Shown: positions 38,191 through 50,000 of the stretch, piece by piece
How the letters are laid out: every line of letters begins with the position of its first letter
Numbering within the stretch: the stretch's first letter is position 1
DNA from: Raja brachyura
Lineage: Eukaryota
NCBI GenBank assembly: GCA_963514005.1
Contig: OY740797.1
Span: 24,676,001-24,740,000 of the forward strand
Length of the DNA stretch: 64,000 bases
Direction: 5' to 3'
Notes under the pieces: generated by a model
What the model was told of the DNA's origin: nothing
What the model saw: the letters and a program-made list of their open reading frames with translations, nothing else
Database searches by the model: none
Program-made: the position numbers and the translations under genes

Positions 38191-40411
38191 CCATTTGGCC
38201 TATCTAGCCTGGACTGGACTATTGCCCCTCTAAAATGTATCTTTCCTCGCTCCTTTGCTTGTCCTCGATATGACATCTCCTCAATCTCCCCATCCTACTT
38301 CGAATCTTGAATTGGTCAATTCTACTACCTTTACAGATAACGTGAAAGATTATAGCCAACTCATTGCTTTTGTCCTTTAAGATAACCTTGAATAGACACT
38401 TGCGAGAAAATAAGGTTCAAGGCTTTCAGATAGCAACAAAGGGTGGAATTAAAGGCATTACATTATTGGAACTGACTTAGATTTGGTAGGATTCCATTTT
38501 CCTTGTGACCAGAAATTTGGGACAATTAATTTTACTCATTGATTTTATATGTTGTTGATTCACTGCAAGGCCCATTTCATTGCCCATCCCTAACCATCAA
38601 GATCAGCTGCAGGAAGCGCCCACTGGTTGGGCAAAGGGAGGGACGTCGGTTGAAGACCAAACCCATCAAGGGCAATGGGCACTGCAACAGATTTGGGCTC
38701 ACTTAGCTTTATCTGGATTGGGTGCGCTCCTGTGCATCCAGCATGTGGACTTCGTTTTTTTCTTTTTGTAAGAGGCGCCAAAACATGGTGACTGTGTGTG
38801 TGTGTGAGTTGTGCAAAAATAATTTCACTGTGCAATGCATACGTGAAAATAAAGAACAATTGAATCATTGAAACACAAATCACAACTGTCCTGTTAACAC
38901 CGCCGGCAGTGTTCCGGCGTTCCTGTGACGGCGGCCCTGTTTCGGAGGCTCGGCCGCGGGCCTGGTGAACGGCAGCATCAGAGGCCTGGATCTCCTCAGC
39001 GCAGAGGGAGAACAAGGAGGGAAGAAGGCAGAAACTCTAAGACTTTTGCCTTCCACCACAGTGAGGAGGTGTTTGGTGAACTCACTGTGGTGGATGTTAA
39101 ATTTGTGTTTATTGTGTGGTTTTGTTATTTTTTTATATATGTATGACTGCAGGCAATAAAGGTAATTCACATTCACTAGATTCACTAATAGTGTTGTCAT
39201 GGTGTTATTGGGTGCTCCAGCAATTAGATATAACGACAATGGGTTAATCTTAATCTACTTCCAAGTTAACTATTCTGTGGCTTGCAGAGGTGGATGTGAC
39301 ATAGTCAGCCCAGCGAAGGCAAGTAACGTTATGTTCGTTATAGATGGTATACGCTGTTTGGGAAACGGCATTGAAAATCGATCAATGAGCAGAATGGATT
39401 TGTTTCCCAATTGGAAGGTAAATGCCAGAACTTGGCTGCACAGATGCAATTTAATTCAAAAGGTAATTAGTTCCAGATTACAAATCTTTGGACTGCAGAC
39501 TGGATGTTTTCTGGTTCCTCATTCTTTGCTCTATCGTGTGCACCAAACTTTTTCTTTATATCACGCAGAATGATTGGAATAGTCAGGTTGTCGAGGATTT
39601 CAGGAAGGAAATTAAGGCGGACCGTGCGCTGGCACCACTGACAAAGCTTGGTTGTAGATTCTTTAACATTCAATTCTGCATTCACCTCCTTGCTTAAGCC
39701 ATCCTTGTTATTGGTTCTGTTCTTGAACTCTTCTTCACCATTAACTGGTCACCACCAGTCATCACCAGAAGAACGTGGAACTGATCCCGGAACCCACCAC
39801 ATCAATGACTCACGACCTAAAACAACGCACTGGGAACTTTGCTTTTAAATTGGCTGACTACCCCTCCAGGTTCAAAGAAGCATAGGACATAGAAACATAG
39901 AAAATAGTAGCAGGAGTAGGCCATTCGGCCCTTTGAGCCAGCACCGTCATTCAACATGATCATGGCTGATCATCCAAAATCAGTACCTCGTTCCGACTTT
40001 TTCCCCATATCCCTTGATTCCCTTAGCCCTAACAGCTAAATCTAACTCACTCTTGAAAATGAGAAAAGAAGAAGCAAAAGTCTGCGAGGGAATATATGAC
40101 CATTGTTGGTGGAAGATAGTTGTGAGGGCAGAAGGCACCAGATATATTGCAAACTAATACTGGCGCCGTTTTCAACAGTTCCCTTATTTTCTTGAGAAAT
40201 TCCGGTGTCTGGCACGAATTGGAATGTAATCCAGTGGTGACATCCTAAATTCCAACCCTTGCAATTTACAATTTCACTACGCTGCATCATTCAATTTAAC
40301 CGGTTAGCATGAACGATCAAAGGTTCTACATCTCTGAAGATGAAGACTCACAATAATTACACCGAACATAATGCCATGGTTGATCACCACCTGTCATCAC
40401 GAGAAGAACGT

Positions 40412-43400
40412 AGAATTTACCAGTTTGAAGTTTGATCTTTATTTTATGAGGAGTTACGTTGGTGATTACGTGAAGAGCCCCGCCAGTTCGCATGCGCGTC
40501 AATCTTCAAAGCAGCAGTATGAAATCACAGATAACAATAATCGAAGTTAATATAGTAAGATCAGCAACTTGAGAACTACCAGACGACCTTTGTGACAGAG
40601 AGTTGGGCGTGGAGGGCACGCAATCACTAATGTAACTCCTCATAAAATAAAGATCAAACTTCAAACTGGTAAGTTCTCGTTTAATCTTACTATTTTACTT
40701 CGGAGTCACATGAGTGATTCCGTGAAGGGTGCAAAGCTCTGTGATTTCATGCCATAGATTCAAATCCCGGCGTCTCACTGCATCGATTGACTCAGGATGA
40801 GTGAATAATCAATAATGCACTAACCATGACATTGATTCAAATGTATTAATGGTTTATGTTAATAAATAAATCAATAGCAACCCCTCCATCTCAGGGGAGG
40901 CTAAAGTGGACGCAAAACAGAATGGGCAAATAGCCCCGGTCAGTAACCGGCCCATGGTAAAAAAAATTAAAAAATAATTCAGTGGACCATCCTGCGGTCG
41001 CGAGGATATGGTCGATGGGAACATCCATTGCCCTGGCCGCTGACGTTGATGCCGCCCTAGTGGAATGAGATGTAAAATTGTCAGTGTTAATACCTACATA
41101 AACCAGAACCTGCTGCAGCCACCTTGAAATAGTCTGACCCGACCTTTCCTTGTGTGGTTGTTTGTCACTTAATAGGCAATGCTGATTCCACACTTTTTAG
41201 GATTCTGGTGGCCTTGATATAATATAGCAAGCCTGCCCTCACACATAGACGTGAGTCCGTGGGGTATGCCAAAATATGATCTTAAATCCTGCCACCCCTG
41301 GTCTGCTCTGCTTGTGTAGACCAGAAATGTAAATGTAATGGCCCCTGCAGCCAATTCCATCCTATCTAGCTGCAGCATTTGCAATGTTTGCCCTTGTTGT
41401 GCTGATACTAGTATCACAACTAAGGATGTAGCTGGAACCCCCTGGGGAAGTATTGTTAACACATTTTCAATATCCAAACTGCATATACTTGCAGTGGGAG
41501 AACTTGTGTCAAGATCTCTTTTACAACTCGATACCCGGGGTTGACCCGACAGAGTGGTTTCCATTTGCTGCAGCTGTAGTGGCTCTATAACTGAATTATT
41601 GTCAAAGACTATGTAAGAAAGAACTGGAAGACGTCAGTAGTCTGTACCATATTAAATGTAACATTAACATTCAACAAACTGCTTCCGATCCCCTCAATAG
41701 GAATGTACTTCTTTTTTGGTGCTATCCCTGCACTCTGTAGTGAGCACATCCATGGATTAATGTGACAACCTGAGCCGTAAGGCAGTCCATTGAGAATGTG
41801 TAAGTTAATAACTGTTTTATTATGCAGAGGCCGGTTTCCTGAACCAGCAAAGTTTTTTTGCTTTTTAGAATAACCGTATATGGTTGTATTATTATGCCTG
41901 GTGAAAGCAGGCAACATGGCTGCTTAGCCAGTCAGACAGTACAAAAACCTAAAGCGAGGTCTTGCTGACTGTTGCAAGACTCGATTAATGAGGCAAAATG
42001 GAGGAAGACATAAAATAAACATTCCTCCTTTTTGTAGCGAGAATGTATTCTCCCCACTGTTCTCCCACATATTTTTGCAATCAGTGAATAAACATGAAAC
42101 CAACATCTCGATATTCGATGTACCATTGAACCATACTTTCATAATACTTTGAGATCCAATACCTATTCTGTGTTGTCTTCGATCTGAACTTGATGATACA
42201 TCAGTGGCAGAGGAGATTAGGTAAATTATTACAGGATACTTTTACTTGATTGCCATGTGACTAACATATCCCACCACCGTAGTGTAGCAACTTGAAGTTG
42301 AGCATGTCGATTATGTATATTTGCTCAATAGCCCTTTACCCATCGGGTGCATCTAGTGTAAATTTTTAGTTGATACCAACAACTGAAGAATTGGCAACTC
42401 ATGCAATCCTCCTCCAACTCCAACTAGAGATGATATTCGCAACTTCCCACCTTAGAGCTCTTAGCATCAGTTTGTAATAACAGAAATTCGACTGACGAAA
42501 CTACTGGAGCAATGCTGAATACTGTTTATTCTTACCATTGTAACTTAGGTAGCTTCAGCTGACAATAGCATAAGGTTGTTAACAATGATCTACATGTCCT
42601 TTGAGAGGTCGCTACTTTGCATGATGTCAGTTCCCCGACTTGTAAGGCTGAACCACAGCTACTATATTGCCAATTAGTCTTGATGAATAGAAGTCAGTTT
42701 TTGTAACAGGTTGCTATTTCTCCAATCTTTTAAACACAGGGCGGATTCATAGGCTAATTAATAGTTAAAAGTAAATCCCAATGACCAACAAATAGTTTCC
42801 CATTTAGCAATGTTTTACTGTTATTAGTACAGTTATCATTGCCTTTGATAACCTCTGTAATGGGAACAGCACAGAATGGATCTTTGAGACCCTTATGAAT
42901 CCGTTGTTAGTCAGTAAAGAAGTTTTCCTATTCAGAAACTTTGTATGCAAGTTACCCGACACTCCCCATTTTTCATAATGAACAGGCCACTCCTGCCATT
43001 ATTCCATGGGTGCTTTGCACGATAACTCTGGCCTGATTTCTGAGCCTGTCTTAAAAGACAACCCTGGCCATGATCCCAAAACTTGCTTGGAATGTGAGTA
43101 CTGTGCCTCTAAGCAGATGCTTTTATCCTTTGCGTGTTGTACAAACAAGTGTAAATATTACAACTTGTGAGTGGTCCACTTACCCATGTTTCAGAAGTCC
43201 CAGACCTACCTTGTTGAGTAGGGCTGGTAGGGTGCATGGAACTTCTGCCCAGCTGTCATGCTGCCCCCAGCTTCAGTGAACCGCTTACTACCGATGAGCG
43301 CCTGGGATGCGTTCTGAAACGATGAACCTTTGCCCACCGTTGGCCTTAATTGAACATCTGCCAGATTTTTTCCCTTTTAAATGACCTTACCTGAATAAAA

Positions 43401-44576
43401 GATTTGGCGGCTGGCTCTCATATCCCCCTGTTGGTGCTGTTCACTGCCGGCACACATGTGCTCCAGTATGTTCCATCAACATCTTTAGAGCCTGGAATCT
43501 GTTACATCTGACCTTTCGCACTCCCCTCCCCAGATAGGGTAATTCGTAGGCAGCCCTAAACAGGCACTGCCGCAGGCCCCAGGATACCTGCACTGATACG
43601 GCCCCATTGGACCTGTACCAGGATGTAACATTCTGCTGGGATGGCAACTTTGTTGTCAGGAACGGGTACCTCTGACACGTGCCCTTCATCCCTTGGGGTA
43701 TGCCCCGTGGTCATCCCCGAGACACTGACCCGGCATGCTCTCCTCCTCCAAGAGGGAGACATGAAGCAGCTCTGTCAACAGGTGGTGCTGGAGCGGCTTC
43801 TCCGTAGGCCAGCGCTTTGAGAAATTCGGTGCAAGCATTTCACTGACCCATCCTGGTCTCCCCCTCCAGCAGGGAGACCTTGAGCAACCCTGTCCCAGAC
43901 GTTGTCGGTGCCGCCTCTTCTGGAGGCTGGCGCTTTCACACATGTAGCAGACCAGTCCCAGGCGCTGCTGGCGCGGCCTGTCCCATACGCCCAGAGTAGT
44001 CTCATTAATTTAATTTTGTAGTGTGGAGCTTCACCTGTGAAGCGTTAAAAATACAACTGCATGCATGCCAAAAATACCCTTATTATCAGAGAGGAACCCT
44101 TGCAGTCCGACTCACCCGAGTCCAATAGGGCTGAACGAGTCCGCTCCTCCTCCAATTTTACTCCATGCCTGGGGGCCAATGTGTCTGTGAGCCGCTAACC
44201 GCACTGCAGGCGACCCTGGCATTACTCGCTTGCCACTCCACGGAATCCCCGCAGGCTGGAAGCCACTGACTGCCTTGTCAGCGGCTGCTTATCACGAAAC
44301 CCGATTTTTTACTGGTTATCCGCTTCGGTGGCCTGACCAGGTTTCCCCACAGCCCGTAGCCGGCTCACTCGTCGGGCTCTGCAATAAATCTGGCTGGAAA
44401 CCTCTGTGAAGAGAAGCTCCTCCTTGAACAAGAAACCTTGGTAAGTAAAAGAAACGTACCGCCTAGGTTTAAGCTTACCGCCGGCAGGAGCGCTGCCCTG
44501 TGCCAATGCGGCTGACGTAATGATGCGCATGCAAACTGGCGGGGTTCTTCACGGCTCACGTGGCTCCAAAGTAAAA
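40412..44576 (-). mobile_element. Second, more decayed DIRS1-like retrotransposon
   Basis: Its termini and ICR (40617-40727) are homologous to the first DIRS. YR remnant QTISRWLQQVL...FTSHSTRAASTS...AGWS and MT-like remnant CLPPFCLINRVL. The left terminus ends gctccaaagtaaaa at 44576. Confidence 0.85.
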
Positions 44577-45805
44577 TTGAGCTCTGAACCAGTCACAATA
44601 GTGACTCAGGATCCAAAGCAAAGGTAAACTTCCCTGCTATGGTGTCTGCCTCTACCACCTCACTCAGCGTATTCCAGGCATACACAACTCTGTAAACAAT
44701 TTGCCCCGCACATCTTTAAACTTTGTCCCTCACTTTAAAGCTTAGAACCCCTTAGAATGTCTGTACCACCCTGGTTAAAAGGCACTTAATGACTACCCTA
44801 TCTAGACCGCTCATAGTTTTGTATACTTCTGTCAGGACTCCACTTAATTTCTGACATTCTAGAGAAAACAATCCAAGTTTGCCCCATCTGTCCTTCTGGC
44901 TGATGCCCTCAACTCCTGGCGGTATTCGGGTAAAACTCTTCTGCACCGTCCACAACATCCACACATTTAAACAACCGGAACATTCGGCATTCAATATTCG
45001 CAGCGTAAGTGGAGAGAAAACAAGAAAAAAACGCTTTCGGTCTCAATGGCATTCTCAATGGCAAAATGACAAAGAGGGAAAGGTATTTAGTTTCCAGTTG
45101 CAGAAAATTTAGGACGGCCAGAAAGGCAAAGGAGACATTTCGAATAGGACTGGAACGTATAAATGCTGGAAAACGTGCGACCGAAATGCAGGAAATGTTC
45201 AGTAAATTTGCCAGTGTGATTTGAGAACTAACATTACAGAGCTGACCTGTTCTGCTGTGGGCAAGGAAGGGGAAGATTACAGTGTAGTCTTGGAAGATGG
45301 AAGAAGACGTATCATTTCAAATCTCAGTAGAGTCGGAAGTCGCCGCAGAATGACAAGCTCGGTCGGATTTCATTGGACAAGAAAGAAGTCTAAACTAAAC
45401 TTGAACTGTTCTGCTTTCTCCAGTTCGCAAATTGCCGTCCCAGTTCGGACCAAAGGCTTCGACGTGAAATATGAACATCTCACAGGTTCGATGTCTGCTC
45501 TGCTCAATCGAAGATCCTAATCTCAAGAAAATGGGACAGCTGTTTAAAAACGAGTCGCATAGGAAGTGCTTTTCACGGAAGGGGCTGAATCTCCTTTCCC
45601 CGTGGAGTTATGAAGGTAGATCATTGAAAGTACTTAATGGGATGACCGATATTTGGTTTGAAATATCAGGGGATGGAAGTATATGGGGACATGACACAGA
45701 AGGTGAATTGGAGGCAAGGGTGGATTAAGCACTTGCTGAAAGGTGGGGCATCCTTGAGTGTTCAGGTGACACATTTCCTGTTCCCAACGTTTTGATTTTG
45801 CGGAA

Positions 45806-46143
45806 GATAGACACGAAAAGCTGGGGTAAATCAGCGGGACAAGCAGCCTCTCTGGAGAGAAGGGATGGGTGACGTTTCGGGTCGAGACCCTTCTTCAGAC
45901 AGTTTTATTTCTTGAAAGTAGACATACCTTGAGGAGATTTCGCAGTGGAGCGGACAAAATGTGTCAAAAAGAACTGCAGATGCTGGTTTAAATCGAAGGT
46001 AGACACAAAATGGTGGAGCAACTCAGCGGGCTAGGCAGCATCTCTGGAGAGAAGAAATGGGTGACGTTTCGGGTGGAGATCCTTCTTCTCCCTGGAGATG
46101 CTGCCTGGCCCGCTGAGTTACTCCAGCATTTCGTATCCATCTT
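45806..46143. mobile_element. Composite Penelope-terminus-like retroposon copies
   Basis: Arms gatagacac...gacgtttcgggtcgagacccttcttcag. A 15-bp direct repeat cagttttatttcttg lies at 45900-45914 and 46144-46158. Confidence 0.7.
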
Positions 46144-47008
46144 CAGTTTTATTTCTTGTTCTTTTGACTCCTGCCGTTGTTCACGAATCGAAAGCGATTT
46201 TAAAAAAAAATCAGTGACAACGGAGAACTCGGGATGGCGTTAAATTGGTCCCATCATCCAGGCGAATTTTGTTCGACACCCCACTCCTGCCTCAGCTCGG
46301 ATGGACGGCGACGATCGCAGAGCTGTAAATCTTGCTGATCGGAGGTCTGTTTGGATGACAGAGAAATACTCTCTTATGTACATCCTCGATTATTTGCCAG
46401 TTTTGACCATGATGTGAGCAGCTCGCAAATCACGAATGACCCTTTCAATTCGCCAATGAACTCAGCAGTGTGACCCTCTGGCGCATTGCGTGTCAAACGG
46501 CAGTAAACTGTAGCGAAGGCTGGGCATGGGGTGGAGGAGGAGGGGACTGAACTGTTTCGGGCTCCGTGTACTTGCAGATGACTTAGCTTGCTTCGCATCA
46601 TGGCGTGTTGAATGGAAAGTATTGGCGCAATCAAAGCAGGGAGCATCTGCGAAACGTCACTGTATTTTCACATAGGTCGAGCGTGGACAGCATATTCGCG
46701 ACGATCAGTACGAGGACATTGCTCAATAGATTGCATGGGCAAAAGCGCAATGGCAGCAATTTCTAGCTGCATTGAATTTCTGTAGTTGTTCAGCAAATGC
46801 TTTGTGAAGTTTTCGGCAATGTGTGAGCAGCCACTAACTTAACCTTTGATCCGCGTCAATGCGCAGAGAGGCATCTCATGCATGAGATGAGCATGAGCAG
46901 ACTCACTTTCCGGCACACCCACTGAACCCAAGCATACTCGCGGTATTCCTCTCTCAGTATTTATTCGACACTTGTTTCAGTCGACTGTTCTCTGCAGTTT
47001 TGCCGTGC

Positions 47009-47060
47009 ATGATGACACGTGTCTTACTGCAATTGATTGTTCTTCACGTCAGCTGCGCCG
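47009..47060 (+). CDS. Exon 1: signal peptide MMTRVLLQLIVLHVSCA
   Basis: ATG, hydrophobic core and small residues at the cleavage site. The phase-1 donor G|gtatat is the classic IgSF leader exon boundary. Confidence 0.85.
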
Positions 47061-50000
47061 GTATATTTTACTCTTATAGTCAAACCAGACAGTCAAACCG
47101 AGACTTAGTTATCAATTTATAAGCTTGCTGACCCCTTATCTTTATTTATTTTTCTCGTTACGTACAATTTTCTATTAATTTGGTCATTACCTCAGTTTAA
47201 TCCTAAGCCTTATAGTTTGATTTTTCGTTTCCCGACAGCTGGTGACAATGGTCTGTTCAACGTAACACAAGTTCCAGAAGCTGTTTTGATGCGGGGTGAC
47301 TCGGCAGTGCTTTACTGCATTTATCCAATCTTCTCAGACAACAGGCCGTTCAAAGTGCATTGGTGGAGAGATGGAGATAATAAATTCCTGGATGAAAGTG
47401 CAGACAAAAGAATCCAGTTTTATTTCCTGAGACGGGGAAGCGCTGTCTTACGGCTGGGGGACGTGACAGCGAAGGACGCCGGGCTCTATTTTTGCAGCTT
47501 GACGCGTACCAACGTTTTTAACGGGACTGGCACAAAGCTGGTAGTTTACGGTGAGTTTTGGGGAGAGGAGTAAGCCAGATCGGTCAACTTCACCAAGTCA
47601 AAGCGATAAGCTCAATCACGTTGAAGAAATTGCGCTTTCTTCATCATCTGTGTCCTTTGAAATAATATGATTTATGTGATGGGTTGGATAGTGTTTTTGA
47701 CGCAATTACCAAATAATCCGAATAGACTGATTGAGAGAGTAAATGACGCCTTCCACATCTTCTGCTTGACAGAATTATAAAACCTTTCGCGTATATTTTA
47801 GATTTGCTTCAACGCAGAGGGAATGGTGTTACTGAAACCAACGACACACGGCACAGGTAGTAGAGATTGAAAATATGTAGGGTTCCGAATGTGGTACTGA
47901 TCAAGGAGATTATTTTTTTTATTGATTTATTTGCAGCTGTTATATTTTTTATCTAAAGTGTAAGGAATTGCAAGTATAAGGAATTGCAAGTGTCAGGAAC
48001 CTTTCGCGTATATTTTAGAATTGCTTCAACGCAGAGTGAATGTTATTACTGAAACCAACGACACATGGCACAGGTAGTTGAGATTGAAAATATGTACGGT
48101 TCCGAATGTGGTACTGATCAAGGAGATTACTTAATTGATTTCGTTGGACCTGTCATCTTTGTAATCAAAATTGTAAGGAATTACAGAATCATAGAATCAT
48201 ACAACACAACAACTGGCCCGTTCTGCCCACGTCGTCTCTGCCGACGGTACTAATTGTATATGTTGATGCTGTTTGCCTGCATTAGGCCCATATCCCTCTA
48301 TAACTCTTCTGCGTAATTACCGGTCCAACGCAATTTAAATGTTATTATTGTACTGCACCCTCTCCGGTGGCAGATGTTCCAGGTGTGCAAACCTTCCTCT
48401 TTTACATTTTCCACTTTTACCTAAAAACCGTGCCTCATAGTGCGTGATTCCACCATTCTGGGAAAGAAAACTCCGCCTGTGTGGCCTCGATATTAAAAAA
48501 ATAACATTTACAAGATTACTCTTCTGCCTCCTATATTCTACTGAGAATAAACCAAGTTTACCAAATGCCTCGTTTTTTACTCATCATCTGTGTCTCGTTA
48601 TAACCAGGCCCCTCTATTTCAGTCAACATTCTGGTGAACGTCTTGTGTACTTGCTCAATTGGTACCATGTTAATCCGTATTATAGGTTTGGTCACATTTC
48701 TGGTTGTCCCGGATGCTGCTTGAAATTATATAGGAGCCGTGAAGCGAATCAATCATTGAGGGATAAAGATCGGTATTGTTACATTTAGTCTGAAGAAGGG
48801 TCTCGACCCGAAACGTCAACTTATCATTTTATCCAGAGATGCTGTCTGACCCGCTTTTTATGAGTTTTATGTCTACCTTCGGCTTAAACCAGCACCTCTA
48901 GTTCCTTCCTATGCATTGTTACATTAACATATATTTTCCGTTAACTTTCCACTTATGGTTGTAGCGATAGCAGCAATGGAAATAGAATTAAGATCATATA
49001 GATATTGAAGACGGTTTGTTTTTAAATGGAGCAAATGTACTTGTAGTTTGAATCTCAAGCCTATATTTTGTGTGGCTTACGCAGACGCTGATCACTGTGT
49101 GAGCGATGGAACGGGGAAGTGCCATTTTCATGTATGAATGTCATTGATATCGTCTCAGAGGCCTTTGCATACCATCCACAATTGCTGGGATAATTGTTCT
49201 CGAAGTAATGCAATACTTTCTTCTGTGCTTAATGGAACTAGCGAACTGTTCCCCTGGCCCAGGTGTACAATATGTTTTCACACAAGAACACACATTCTTC
49301 TGACCTTGTAAATTAATGATTATTTTTAACCTCAATTTACTTCTGAATAAATCTTCTGCCCGAGTTAGTTATTTTAACAACGAGAAAGAATATATTTGTA
49401 AAATGTTGATAGTCGAGCTGTTATTATGGATTACATTTTGTACAATTAAATCACCAAATTATAATTGAAATCGCGAAGACAATTAAACAAAATCAAGTTA
49501 ATGTTTTGGCTCCTAATGTCTCTGCACTGAGCGGAACGCATCATTTACATGCGCTGCGAGTAGAAACGGAAACGATATATTTATGAAGTAAGGTAACTGT
49601 TGTACAATAGACCGCAATTGTAAAATCAAGACATACGACGATGAGGTTTAAAAGGAAGGAAATTAGTCGTTAGATTATACCACACCAAGGAAAATACTTA
49701 ACAGTTTGAAATCACTGTAAGTGCATTGGTTATAAAACTAGGCTGAAAACACATATGGTTCAATTAAGTTTTTTTCGAGGTTGCAATGACATTTGATTCG
49801 TCACGAAAATTACGGGACTGGTGAAATAAAAAAAATCGTTTTATTTTCCAGACACCCCAACTCCTCTGAGCCTGACTACCATGCTGCCGGAGAACACATC
49901 GGTTACTCTGATTCTTGTTTGCAAAACAGCAACTTTTTTTCCTCTTGATCTGAATATTACTTGGTACAAAAATGGGTCAGATATTATACAGAACTTTGAG

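Noticed and set aside
39200-40410. Coding-looking sequence between the two DIRS elements
   Set aside because: Only short ORFs with no motif I can identify, interrupted by a CR1 3' tip. It is probably an old TE relic and cannot be supported as a gene.
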